A stretch of DNA of 64,000 bases from Eledone cirrhosa (taxonomy: Eukaryota): NCBI GenBank assembly GCA_964016885.1, contig OZ024742.1, forward strand, positions 56,544,001-56,608,000, read 5' to 3'. Positions 14,325 through 26,679 of the stretch are shown here, in pieces. Positions within the stretch are counted from its first letter, which is position 1. Each line of letters opens with the position of its first letter. The position numbers and the translations under genes were made by a program. The notes beneath the pieces are model-generated. The model searched no databases, was not told the origin of the DNA, and saw only the letters and a program-made list of their open reading frames with translations.

Positions 14325-14460
14325 TGTCCCGTAACCTAGCGGTTCGACGAAAAAGAGATCGATAGAATGTAGAAATAAATACGGGAATCGATATGATCGA
14401 TTAACTAAGTCGGTGTTCGAGCATGGTCACAGTCTAACAACCGAAACTATTGACGAATAA
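14325..14460 (+). mobile_element. 3' half of a second SINE family (degenerate)
   Basis: CGTAACCTAGCGGTTCG..AAAGAGATCGATAGAAT..CGGTGTTCGAGCATGGTCACAGTC resembles an abundant octopus SINE tail as recalled. Confidence 0.55.
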
Positions 14461-14879
14461 ATATATATATAATAACATATTTCTTTCATGAGACGTGATA
14501 TTGAAATTCGAATGTGAATTCTGAAACCGACTCTCATACAACATATAAAGTGTTAAAGTCTAATGATTTATGGCGTGAAGCTATGTGGAGAAAGAGATAA
14601 TTGAAATAGGATATAGTTCGAATATAATTATCTATTATTGAATAGTAATAATTTGATGCCAACCTTGTAGAATAATTCAATTGAATTAGCTAGAGTATCG
14701 AATCAGAGCTGGTATCGAATTAATTGCAATACTGAACTTGATGCAAAATCAAACTCTGGAATCTAAACTTTTCCACAATGAATAAGATGCCTGAAATAAA
14801 TATATTGGTGAAAAATAAAATGAAAATGAATACGAAATATGAACAAAAGGAGAAATGAACAGTATACTGATACACGCAG

Positions 14880-15225
<346 letters not shown>

Positions 15226-15524
15226 GTCTATGCAAAGAAGGAAAGTGTTAATGACGTTTACGCGGAATTGTGTGAATTGACTATAGTTTCATCATTACTG
15301 CGAATATTTTTAGATTATCATCTAAGATTTCTTGCAAATGAGTTAATATATTTCTAATAATACCTTACTATTAATACTTTCCCGTTGCTCAAGGTGCAAG
15401 TTATTTGACGAACATCTTTATATATACATACGCAGATATATATATATAATCTATATCTCTATATATATGTATGTGTCTGTGCATACATACATAAATACAT
15501 ACATAGATACATATATACATAATA

Positions 15525-16126
15525 CATGGTGGCTGCCAACTCGTTTTCGAGTACGGCCACTACTTTATATCCATGTAGGAGAACCCCTACCGATGCGCTG
15601 AACGAGTGTGGCTTTTTAGTCCAGACAGCGACTTGAAAACTCTGGTACAAGCACTACACCTGTGACAATTATTGACATATAGTGCTGGGCCCATGGTACC
15701 ATGTGACGACAAGTGCAGAGAGATCTCCAGATATAAAGCAATGCCTGTGCCGTGAAGCTTTTATAGTGAGCAAAGGCACTGCACAAAGCCAGTCCCACTC
15801 TCTTAACCAAGATGATATTTAGCAAAAAGAAGAACAAGTCAATATCATTGGATACCATCAGGGTTGCAGGTGTTATATCAGAGTTTTCCTTCTCCTAGAA
15901 TTCTGCCTTGACAAAGGCTAAAGGGTCATCTCTCCCGTTGATTTTGGATGGCTATTGACTCTTAAGAGCTCCTTTGCCCTTTGTCGGGTTTTGTTTTTAG
16001 TCCTGCAGGATGTCCAAAGTCACCCTCCTCACCAAAAAACCTTGGTGGGGTTGCCAGTTTAGTCGCCAACGACCCGACCATGGGACAGGTTGTACTGGGA
16101 TATATGTTACCAGTAGCACCAACATA
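15525..16126 (-). mobile_element. ~600-bp bipartite RTE-derived non-autonomous element
   Basis: Reverse complement of 23355-23975; flanked by TA/CATA repeats. Confidence 0.8.
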
Positions 16127-16399
16127 GACATATATATATCTATATACATACATACACACAGACATCATCAGCAACTGCAGCCAGCCATCACCACCATCAA
16201 CACCACTAACTACTAGACGCCAACTCCATCACTGCCATCAACCACTACACCCAACCACCACTACCACTACTAACGACGAGACACCATGTATTGAGTCCGT
16301 AATTGGAATATTATCATTTGATTGTATGTGTGTAGGCATCCATATGTATATGTATGTGTATGTATGTGTGTAGACAGGCATCTATGTCTGTGTGTACAT

Positions 16400-16461
16400 A
16401 ATACATACATACATACATACATACATACATACATACATACATACATACATACATACATACA

Positions 16462-16493
<32 letters not shown>
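16400..16493. repeat. (CATA)n microsatellite at the 5' flank of the R4-like element
   Basis: Direct reading. Confidence 0.97.
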
Positions 16494-16494
16494 C

Positions 16495-19400
16495 AGTCAA
16501 CGCGATCATTCGCATATTTTGTCGTGGGAGACTATTTATTAAATTTAAGATGAATACTATCTCCGACAGTAATGCCTCAACTACAGTCATGTTGAATAAC
16601 TGGTTATTCTTCTAACTATATCTTCTGAAGACACCTTTTATTCGAATTCGTAGAGATATCCGACTAAATACATAATTCATTTTACAAGGATTTGCTACAA
16701 ACAGCATGGCTGAACACAACATCAACAACAAAATTTAGGAAGTATCGAAGACAAACAGCAAGAAAGGTGAACAAACTTTATTTAGTTATAGCTACAGAAC
16801 AAACCGAAATTATAATTCGCATTTCTCTTGGAGTTGCGAACTTAAAAATGATTATATTCATTGTTATAAAATGGTAAAAAAACAACCCCTCCATTGGCTA
16901 TATGAACAGAATGAAGCTACACTGGGACGAAATGCACCCAGAGCTAAATTATTTCACAGCGAAACAATTACGCCAACAAGCGACGTTTGTTGAACGTAAA
17001 AATAAGATAGATATTATTAATTGTAAGTCCCCCACAACAAACATGGGATCAATAACACGCGCTACAGGTCGCCATGCTACTAGACTTCCTAGCAGCCAGG
17101 TCGAACAGCGCCTTGAAACAACTATGCCTGTAAGAAACTTGACACAACCTGTACCATCTAAGTCTACCTCGAATGCTGGGGAAAACACTATCGATAATAA
17201 TAATAATCGAAGAAATAATAATAATAATCGAAGAAATTTGACACCGCGTGTACCATCCGAGTCTACTATCGATAATTATAATAATCAAAAGTATAAACAA
17301 TTGGAAATTTCCCTGAACGAAATCTTCCAGAGAGAAATTAATTCATGTATAAATATCTCTCTTGCTGAACGTATTAAAACGACAATGTTTAATAAAAAAC
17401 CAAATAATGAAATATTACGTGTTATTGACGAAATAGGGGATGAATATTTACGACGGATAAAAACCCCAACATTTTGGCAAATCAACACCTGTTTATATGC
17501 CTTAGCAATGACAGTGAAGCATTGTCTTGGTGATAGCAGAGATATTAACAAGAACAAAACACCACCAAATATACCATCATATATAACTAAAATAGAAAAA
17601 CAGATTGCTGACCTACGAAAAACCATAGGACATGTGACAATGCTCCTTACATGCAAACAAACACAAAAAACCTCACTCCTCACCAACAAAGAGTGAAAAT
17701 TAGAATAGAGACGATGTTTGGTAACAGTAGAACCAGAATTCTTCAATATAAGCTGATCACCCTCAAACAAGAATTGAGAGCTGTTAGCGAAAAACGCCGA
17801 TACCTGAAGAAGGTAGATGAGAGAAAGGTGCTTAATAAAAGATTCAGACGAAACCAAACATCAGGCTCCATCTCAGAAAGACATAGATTCCTTTTGGAGC
17901 AAAATATGGGGTGAAAAGAAAAATTTCAACCAAGATGCAGTGTGGCTAAGATAAATCCGAAAGAACTATTGCTCCTACACTACAACAAAAACATACGAAA
18001 TAAGTGAGGGTACTCTTGAGACTGTGATAGGAAAACTCCAAGATAAGAAAATACCAGGTAGAGACACGATTGTCAGTTAATGGTACAAAAAACTGATATT
18101 CTATCGGAGGCATCTTACTGACCTCTACCAATAAGTTCTTAAGGGAGATACACTTATACCAGAATGGTTGACATTAGCACAAACATTACTGGTCCCCAAG
18201 AACAAAGACACCCACTTGGCAACAACATTCCGACCCATTGCATGCCAGAATCTGATGTATAAGATGTATACAGCCTGCCTGAACCTATACCTGCAAGAAC
18301 ACTGAAAAGAATAACATCATTACAGATGAACAAGCAGCTGGAAAGAAAGGGGTTTGGGGATGTGCTGAACTACTCCTGATAAACAAAACTGCGATGTCGG
18401 AGGTGCGACATCGAAGGAGGAATATGGCTACAGTCTGGCTGGACTACAAGAAATCTTTCGATTCTGTTCCCCACTCTTAGATGATAGAGGCCCTCCAACT
18501 TGCTAAAGTCCCAGACATTGTTGTCAGAGCCATAGAGAAGCTGTCTACTTCTTGGGCTACTATCCTAAAGTTAAGGACAGAGAGCGAGGACTCTGATAAA
18601 ATAAAATATCGCTGAGGTATATTTCAGGGAGACAGTCTCTCTGTGATATTATTCATCCTGTCATTAAACCCCTTGTCCTTTCTGCTCAAGAAATGTGAGG
18701 GATACATCATTGGCTCACAGGAGGACAGAAATAGGAACCTAACCCATAATTTCTTTGTGGATGATCTGAAACCCTATGCCACGATCAAGGATGGGATGAA
18801 GAAAAATCTTGACCTGGTTACAACATTCTCAAAGGATATAGGAATGGAGTTTGGCCAAGATAAATGCTCATACATGACTGTAAAGCGGGGAAAAACAACA
18901 ACACAATCTAGCAACATTGTCATCAATATCTAACTGTTTCACCGATATCTGATGAGGACTGCTACAGATACCTGGTATCTGTAATAAGGAACGCGTAACC
19001 AGGGAATACTACACCCGATTAAGAAAGATTTGGTCATCGGAACTCTCTGCGCAAAACAAAACAGTGGCTCACAATGTGTTTGCTGTGCCTGTCCTAACAC
19101 CAACGTTTGGAATGCTCAATTGGACGATAGACGAAATCCGAGCAGTTGATGTTGGAACTCGAAAAATACTAAACAACACCGGAAACTTTTACATCAACAG
19201 TGACATAGACCGCCTTTACTTGAAACGTAAGCAGGGAGGCAGCGGCCTAACATCAGTCCAGACAGCATTTGAATGTCGCATCATATCCCTCCGACAACAT
19301 CTACGAACCTCGAAGCGTAGGAGCCCGTCTCTCGAGCAAGTCTATCTGCATGAAACAGATAAGATCATGAGAATTGGGAAGGAATTCCTTGAGAGATATT

Positions 19401-20590
19401 CCCTGTATGATAATCAAAAGCTCACACCCATTGAAGTCGCTCAGCAGTATCGCAGTGAATCCATGGATGAAAATATGCATGCTTATCAGCAAAAAACCAT
19501 GCATGGATTTGTTGCCAGGAAGCTCCAGAGTGAGAGTACTATAGATAAGGAAAGTAGTATATCTTGGACCAACAACCGCTATATATGCTCCCACTTTGAA
19601 GGATACGCTTTTGCAATCCAAAAACAGGAAATTAACACGAAATACATGAGTCACAAAAGAGATAGGGATGCAAGCAAAACACCTAGATGTGATAACAAGT
19701 GCAGACTCTGCAGAACTAACATCGAGGATATCACCCATGTCATCAGCAGCTGTCCAAAGATGTCATCGCGGTACTATCTACCTATGAGACATGATGTAGT
19801 TGCCAAAACACTGTACAATGCAGTCCGTAAAAAAGATAGCCCCGATAATAAACACATTAAAAGCTACAGCTATGTGGAAGACATCCGCGTACATAATATG
19901 AAAGAGTACTGGTGGAATGTTCCAGTAAAAACCCCAATAAAATGCAGATATTATGATATGGGACAGGGAGAAGAAAGCATGCACAGTAGTGGAAATTAGC
20001 TGCCCAGCAGATGCCAATATAATATCAATGATTAGCGAAAAGGAGAATATTTATGCAGAGCTGATGAGAAATCTGCAGATACTCCACCCTGATTACACCT
20101 GATTACACTTCAGATTTATGCCTGTGATTATTGGGGCACTGGTGTATGTTAGTAACTGCCTCAATACAAATCTTGAGAAGCTAGGCTTCACAGGAACAGA
20201 ATGAACACAACTAGTTAGGAAATTACAAGTACAATCCATTAATGGAACAGTAAAAATATGTAAAACTGTAAAACATTCCAAAAGTTTTGCATCTAATAAC
20301 TGTATCTAATAACTGCACATGTACAGATACAAAGCATATACATATGCACACATACAACTAAAAACATACACATACAATAACATCCATATCTACACATGCA
20401 TGCATGCATACATAATCTACCTAGTTGATGTTGTGTAAATTCCAATGAGAGAGTCTTGTGTCTATGTTCGAAACCGACTCTCTCTCTATTGGGAAAAAAA
20501 TTTGTGAAATTATAAAACCAGAACATACATACATACATGCATACATACATAGTAACAATTTATAAAATTATAAAACCAGAACATACATAC
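16495..20590 (+). mobile_element. Near full-length decayed R4/Dong-clade retrotransposon between (CATA)n arrays; ORF remnant about 16707-20280
   Basis: GYMNRMKLHWD..QLRQQA N-terminus, FRPIACQNLMYK, WLDYKKSFDSVPH, IFQGDSLS, HNFFVDDLK, CRLCRTNIEDITHVISSC..RHD, VVEISCPAD; 3' hairpin about 20442-20493; duplicated 3' terminus. Confidence 0.88.
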
Positions 20591-21075
20591 ATGTATACAT
20601 ACATATATGCATACATATGTATGTGTGTGTTTGAGTGTGTTAGTGTATATGTGTGCGCATAAAAACATATATTTGTCCATGTATGTATGTGTACATATTT
20701 TCATGTGCAGGTGTGTATGTTTAGAAGATTAGAATTGTAACCGAACTCACAGTTATGTTTAAGGATAAACATTGTATGGAGTCACTGAGAAATACATACA
20801 TCCTATCGCTAATTTCCCAGAGATCCCAGAGATCTCATGATTTGATTTAATTGGTTTGATTACTGAGAAACTATAGTGAGCAATACTTTGTAAATAGTAT
20901 ATGGGTGGTAAAGCTGGGTCCGGTTTTATTTTCATAATTGTGCACAGTACGCTCTATATATTTATTAACTGGAGCATATAACACAGAAATGGCAAAGATG
21001 TGATTATATATTGTTTCATAATAACATTTATATTTATAGTCACGCTGTGAAATGGACACAGTATATATATATATA

Positions 21076-21590
21076 TAAATTACAGAATAATCAAAACTAT
21101 GTTCAAAACATTTTATTGCTGACAATTGTTTCTTCCAAACTTTCGTTTGTACATGCCTAACACATTTTCACTCTTTATACGCTTGCATATGTACTGCTAA
21201 TGTCCTCGTTGTGCGAGTAACTTTCTGCCTTAATGCCTCTTTAATTGTTATACTATTCTTTTGTAATCTTTGTCACATCCACTAACACTGACCTCAACAT
21301 CTCCACTCTGTAAATATGAAACTTTTGAGGACAACATTAATATCTATGTATCTATATGTTTGTTCTGTCGAATAGGAAGTTAATTATATGTCTAAACTTT
21401 GCTAGTGCTCCGATGATACCAAACGAAAGTTTGGAAGAAATAATTGTCAGCAATAAAATGTTTTGAACATAGTTTTGATTATTCTTTAATTTATTTGCTG
21501 CTCTGTAAAACATCTGATGTATTTACATTGAGCTATTTTTCTTACTGGTAATAAGGTAGTAATGAATTACTGACCTTTCCTATTTATAAT
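21076..21590 (+). repeat. 74-bp inverted repeat (21076-21149 / 21420-21493), probable PLE terminal repeat with an inverted 5' copy
   Basis: Near-perfect reverse complements; right arm begins inside a CCGATGA..CAAACGAAA motif; bounded by (TA)n. Confidence 0.7.
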
Positions 21591-21660
21591 TATATATAGT
21601 GTATAAATAAGTATAAATAATATTATTATATATATATATAATGATATTATATATATAAAA

Positions 21661-21851
21661 GGGCGGTGGATTGGCAGTATTGTTAGAGGGTCGGATATCA
21701 GGCTTTGACGTATAGAGTTACGGCCCTTGCCATTCTGAGTTCAAATCCAGCCAAGGTTAACTTTGCCTTTCATCCTTACGGTGTCGATAAAATAAAGTCC
21801 CAGTAATGCACTGGTTAATTGCTGGCCGTGTGCCTAACGTAGAAACAATTA
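21661..21851 (+). mobile_element. tRNA/Nin SINE
   Basis: Family consensus. Confidence 0.9.
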
Positions 21852-21859
21852 TATATATA

Positions 21860-22903
21860 TATATATATAAAGTTGTAGTACTTGCCTATTTGTTTGTTTG
21901 TTCACGAACTCCTCCTGAGGTTTTGGAGATAGACCCCCATAACCATATATATTCTGAAACTACATTGCCCAAGGTACTTAGATGAGTATATTTCATCTTT
22001 TTAATCAAAGGGTTCCCCGGAGGAACAAACCTCCGCTGAAAATGTTTTCCCTTCGATTTATATGAAATTTAAACCATGGGTAAATGACAAGATATGATGC
22101 CTATTCACAAATTTCAGCAAATTTCAATAATATTCAGATACCCCAAATGGGAGTTAAGCCCCCTATAGTGAAAACTTTGGCCAATAAATGGAACAAGATA
22201 TGTTGTAACAAGATTGCATGAGAACTTGATTGAAGCAGCTATTATATTCGGGTCTTACAAAGGTCAAGCTCTTCTCATTCCTAGGATTCCACTTACACCA
22301 AGTGATAGCGAGTTGCCTTTTACATTTAAGAGACTGCAGTTCCCAGTGAGGCTATGCTTTGCCATGAGTATCAATAAGAGGCAAGGTCAAACTTTCAAAA
22401 CTATTGGTATAGATCTGACAAACCCATGTTTCAGTCATGGCATGATTTATGTGGCTGTTTCAAGGACTGGAACTTCAAAAAATCTCTACATTTTAGCCAA
22501 TCAAAGAAAGACAAGGAATGTTGTTTACCCTGAAGTTCTTCATTAGGACAAAGTATGAAAAATATTTTCATGTATTTATTATGTTAAAAAATAAATAATT
22601 AAACTTTGAATTTCTAATTTAAAAATAATGCTTTACACAAAAATGAAATGATCAAGTTTTGAATTGATATTTTGAAAAAGATTATTTTCAAGAAACAAAA
22701 TAAGAATAAGATTTAATAATGTAATTTTGATTTGATATATTACAAAAATTAAGGTTTTCCAATTTTTCATGCATTACATTTTACATTGAGTAATATTGAA
22801 ATGCAAAGTTTCTCTCCATAAATTATATCACTGATTTCAAATCAATCATCATTTTCATACGAAAAAATGTGTGAAACGCAGCAAGGTGCGCGTAATTCGG
22901 CTA

Positions 22904-22904
<1 letters not shown>
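21860..22904 (+). mobile_element. Non-autonomous Helitron retaining the helicase C-terminus
   Basis: 3' hairpin ACGC..GCGT followed by CTAG at 22901-22904; TGTT repeats near the 5' end; helicase fragment inside. Confidence 0.8.
22214..22546 (+). pseudogene. Helitron Pif1-family helicase C-terminal fragment
   Basis: LIPRIPLTPSD..FKRLQFPVRLCFAMSINKRQGQT..FSHGMIYVAVSR (motifs V-VI). Confidence 0.92.
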
Positions 22905-22944
<40 letters not shown>

Positions 22945-22949
22945 TTTAT

Positions 22950-23277
22950 ATATCAGAATGGATGCAGTAAAACCCAGTAAAACCATTACTCACAAATATA
23001 AACATACCTACACACCTACCGTCCTGACCACAAGACGTAGATATGAGTAAACATAGACACACATTCAAACACTGACCAATCTCCGAAGAAAAACAGAGAC
23101 TTTCTTTAAAGATATTTTTGTCTATAGACTGATTGCCAATATTGGGACTCCCCACTAATGACGTCCCCTCTAATGACGTCAGCTATTTTCGCCGCCAGAA
23201 CACCTGCGATACAGTTCTGAACTAGCTATTGAAATTGCAGGAGCTCAGCCGTCGGGATCCTGAAATGTTTTCCTTGT
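22950..23277 (+). mobile_element. Probable solo PLE terminal repeat with a decayed HHR, homologous to one arm of the fold-back element
   Basis: CCT-CTAATGA-C-GTCAGCTA...TAGCTATT-GAAA-TTGC-AGG, then AGCTCAGCCGTCGGGATCCTGAAATGTTTTCC. Confidence 0.5.
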
Positions 23278-23354
23278 ATAAATATATATATATATATATA
23301 TACATGTGTATGTGTGTGTCTGTGTGTGTGTGTACATATGTATATATATATATA

Positions 23355-23975
23355 TGTTGGTGCTACTGGTAACATGTATCCCAGTACAACCTGTCTCATG
23401 GTCGGGTCGTTGGCGACTAAACTGGCAACACCACCAAGGTTTCTTGGTGAGGAGGGTGACTTTGGACATCCCGCAGGAGTAAAAGCAAAACCTGTCAAAG
23501 GGTAAAGGGTCAAAGGGCAAAGGGTAAAGGAGCTCTTAAGAGTCAATGGCCATCCAAAATCACCGGGAGAGATGACCCCTTAGCCTTTGTCAAGGCAGAA
23601 TTCTAGGAGAAGGAAAACTCTGATATAACACCTGCAACCCTGATGGTATCCAATGATGTTGACTTGTTCTTCTTTTTGGTAAATATCATCTTGGTTAAGA
23701 GAGTGGGACTGGCTTTGTGCAGTGCCTTTGCTCACTATAAAAGCTTCACGGCACAGGAATTGCTTTATATCTGGAGATCTCTCTGCACTTGTCGTCACAT
23801 GGTACCATGGGCCCAGCACTATGTGTCAATTATTGTCACAAGTGTAGTGTTTGTACCAGAGTTTTCAAGTCGCTGGCTGGACTAAAAAGTCACACTCGTT
23901 CAGCGCATCGGTAGGGGTTCTCCTACATGGATATAAAGTAGTGGCCTTACTCAAAAACGAGTTGGCAGCCACCAT
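23355..23975 (+). mobile_element. ~620-bp bipartite RTE-derived non-autonomous element (5'UTR-like part, last ORF codons, 3'UTR)
   Basis: CTAGGAGAAGGAAAACTCTGA motif seen in RTE 5'UTRs; 23840-23914 encodes KCSVCTRVFKSLAGLKSHTRSAHR* (C2H2); terminal ACTC..GAGT stem-loop. Confidence 0.8.
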
Positions 23976-23987
23976 ATATATATACAT

Positions 23988-24488
23988 ATGGAAAAAATGA
24001 AATTTCATTTCTCACTCTTAGTACAGCTGATACTTAAATATAAGTATTATACGCACATACATATATGTATAGACGTACAGTAGTATGTATATACATACAT
24101 ACATGCATACATATATATATGTACGTATGGGTTTATGGAACATTTATTATAATGTTCGGCTTGTTTAGAAACAAATAGCCCGAATTTTTAGCCATACAGT
24201 GTTCGGCAACCATCGTTGCCCTTTTATTCAACACTGACAAAGGAACGATGAACTAGTTTCTAGCTTATTAACTGTCATCAGCACCGTATACATTCCTGTC
24301 AGTCGATTGAACGTTTGAAAGTATATACTTTCCTTGTGTATATTAAAGGCTGAGCAGCCTAATTTGCATATCGAGTGAGTTAGTTGGCCGGGCGTACCGG
24401 AAACGATAAATGGGAAAAATGAAATTTCATTTCTCACTCTTAGTACGGCTGATGCTTAAATATAAGTTTGTATACGTACATACATATA
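23988..24488 (-). mobile_element. ORF-less ~422-nt HHR-bearing element with a ~75-nt terminal direct repeat (candidate non-LTR retrozyme or solo PLE repeat)
   Basis: 23988-24065 repeats at 24410-24488 (offset 422); second copy at 58291-58652 (+). Confidence 0.7.
24233..24302 (-). ncRNA. Type-I hammerhead ribozyme with extended, bulged helix I
   Basis: Minus strand: CTGACA-GGAA-tgtata-CGGTG-CTGATGA-C-AGTT/aata/AGCT-A-GAAA-CTAG-TT-CATCG-TTCC-tt-TGTCAG. Confidence 0.75.
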
Positions 24489-24567
24489 TATATACATATA
24501 TATATATATATATGAAAGATTTATATATATATATATATATATATATGATACATTTATATATATATAT

Positions 24568-24693
24568 AAACAAAGAAGTTGTGGTAAGATACCAAGTGGA
24601 CAATAACGCATCAGAGTACTCTATACTTAGGGTAGTAGAGTTCGAATCTACCTGTCGAAACGGCCGGACCTCAGCCGACGGGGTCCTGACTAT

Positions 24694-24698
<5 letters not shown>
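24568..24698 (-). mobile_element. Fold-back element, one arm plus tail
   Basis: Reverse complement of the 26482/55503 left arm and tail. Confidence 0.7.
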
Positions 24699-24744
<46 letters not shown>

Positions 24745-24746
<2 letters not shown>

Positions 24747-24810
24747 TAACAGATTAAAGTTTAAGCAAAGAATCGCTGCTTTCACCCTTAACGGGATCTT
24801 CTGAAACTCA
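24745..24810 (-). repeat. ~65-bp repeat with a degenerate HHR-like scaffold (other copies 49215-49280 and 55027-55092)
   Basis: TCAGAAGATCCCGTTAAGGGTGAAAGCAGCGATTCTTTGCTTAAACTTTAATCTGT seen three times, each ending at (TA)n. Confidence 0.7.
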
Positions 24811-25387
24811 TATATATATATATATATAGCAAAGTTAGACACAAAACACGTGGCATGGATGAACAGAAGCATCTAACCACCTCTTCAACCACTCTCTGTG
24901 GAATGGATAAGAGTGGCATTGAGCCGAGATGGGGCAACAAGTGACTTCTTTCGACTGGAACAAGTGTTGTGTGTTTCATAAGTCCGGCAAAAGTTAACAA
25001 TAAAGTTGAAGACATAGCTATAAAATTTGATAAACAAAATCATTAAAAGAATTATTTAATAAAGATTTCCGAACTGCAAGTATAAGGAAAGAAATGTGCA
25101 AAATGCCGCTTTAATATTTAGGATAGTGATATATGTATATGTAAGATTTGTTAAGGAGACGGAAGTTTCAATTGGTTGAAGCTTATTGTAAGTCAGAGCC
25201 ATATGTCAGATAGCAGATTATGCGGAATGATTGGTTGAGAGGTGTGATGACGGCATCAATAAAACAGACATCAAATTATTTGCTGAGACTGGTTAAGATT
25301 CGTTATGAATCATGACCATAACATACATAGGTGTGGATGAGTTGTGAGTCAATGAACTTATAACATAAAGTGAATATATAATAATTA

Positions 25388-25580
25388 TAATGGTTTCTGA
25401 TTTAGGCACAAAGCCAACAATTTTGGGGGATGGGAATGTCAATTAAAATTACTCCTGTGCGTTACTGGTACTTTATTTTACCGACCCCGTAATGATGAAA
25501 GGGAAATCTATCCTCAGTGGTATTTGAACTCAGAACATTATATACCGCAAAGCATGTTGTCCGATGCTCTACCGATACTA
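25388..25580 (-). mobile_element. Degenerate tRNA/Nin SINE
   Basis: TTACTGGTACTTTATTTTACCGACCCCG..TTTGAACTCAG. Confidence 0.75.
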
Positions 25581-25824
25581 AATGATGATAATTACACTGA
25601 TGTAGTAAGACAATAGTAATAAAGCAGTAATAACATAATGATGTAACAGTGCATTGTAATAATTTCATAATATTCTGATATTAAATGTTGTTACACGCCA
25701 CCAGACCAAGATCCTTGAGATAATTTCACAACAGGTTGTCGTTGTACTCATTCCACTCCAGGTCTAAACACACCCAATTTCTACCAAAGAAAGAGAGAAA
25801 GGGTGGGGAGAGAATGTGTGAAAA

Positions 25825-26386
25825 GAAGTGGAAAAACAATCGACACCATTACTGGAATGGTAATTTCTGTTATCTGACACTAAAGGGAGAAAGGCAAAGT
25901 TGACTCTGGAAGGATTTGAACTCAAAGCGCAGAAAGTTGCAACGATTACTGCAAAGCTATATATAAAAATTGATCAATATCTATAGTTAAATGGTTTGTA
26001 TCTTTACGCTACTATTGGTTTACCAACTTGAGAATTCGATGTATAGGTGGATCTATTTTAGTATAGGACGTGGTGTTATATGATCGATCCTCTTCATAAG
26101 CAGAGTGTCAATAATAATAATAATAATGAGTAAGAACGAAGTGTCAAAGTATCATCATTAAATTTATTCAGGTGTGACGTGCGTTTCATCAGCTCAATGT
26201 ACGATTCTTATCTTCATTGACTCCAGAGTCGGGCCCGATCGATAGAGATTGTACAACACCTCGTTGCATCTTTCTGCGCTTTGAGTTCAAATCCTTCCAG
26301 AGTCAACTTTGCCTTTTTTCCTTTTAGTGGCAGATAAAAAAATTACCATCCAGTAATGGTGTCGATTGTTTTTCCGTTTCACTTCT
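25825..26386. repeat. Inverted pair of near-identical SINE-derived segments (25825-25947 / 26262-26386)
   Basis: The arms share substitutions absent from other SINE copies, e.g. GTTGACTCTGGAAGGATTTGAACTCAAAGCGCAGAAAG. Confidence 0.8.
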
Positions 26387-26396
26387 TATTGTCATT

Positions 26397-26481
<85 letters not shown>

Positions 26482-26660
26482 GGGAAAGAGTCAGGACTCC
26501 TACGGCTGAACTCCAGCCGTTTCGAGAGATAGGTCTGTACAGTTCAGACCTACCTGTCGAAACGGTCGGAGATCAGCCTATTACCCACTCTACTAGCCTA
26601 AGTATTGAGTACTCCGGTGCGTTATAGTCCACCTGATTCCTTACCACACATCCTTCGTTA
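26482..26660 (+). mobile_element. Fold-back element (divergent subfamily) in (TA)n
   Basis: GGCTGAACTCCAGCCGTTTCGA...TCGAAACGGTCGGAGATCAGCC plus the shared tail TATTACCCACTCTACTA..TAAGTATTGAGTACTC. Confidence 0.8.
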
Positions 26661-26679
26661 TATATATATATATATATCG

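Noticed and set aside
22214-22546. Host PIF1 helicase gene
   Set aside because: Intronless fragment followed by a Helitron hairpin and CTAG end
23360-23435. HDV-like ribozyme at the 5' end of the RTE-derived element
   Set aside because: A conserved GTCG/CGAC hairpin and CTAA are present, but a full nested double pseudoknot could not be built by eye
23840-23914. Host C2H2 zinc-finger gene exon
   Set aside because: It lies inside a multicopy element, at the position of an RTE ORF terminus
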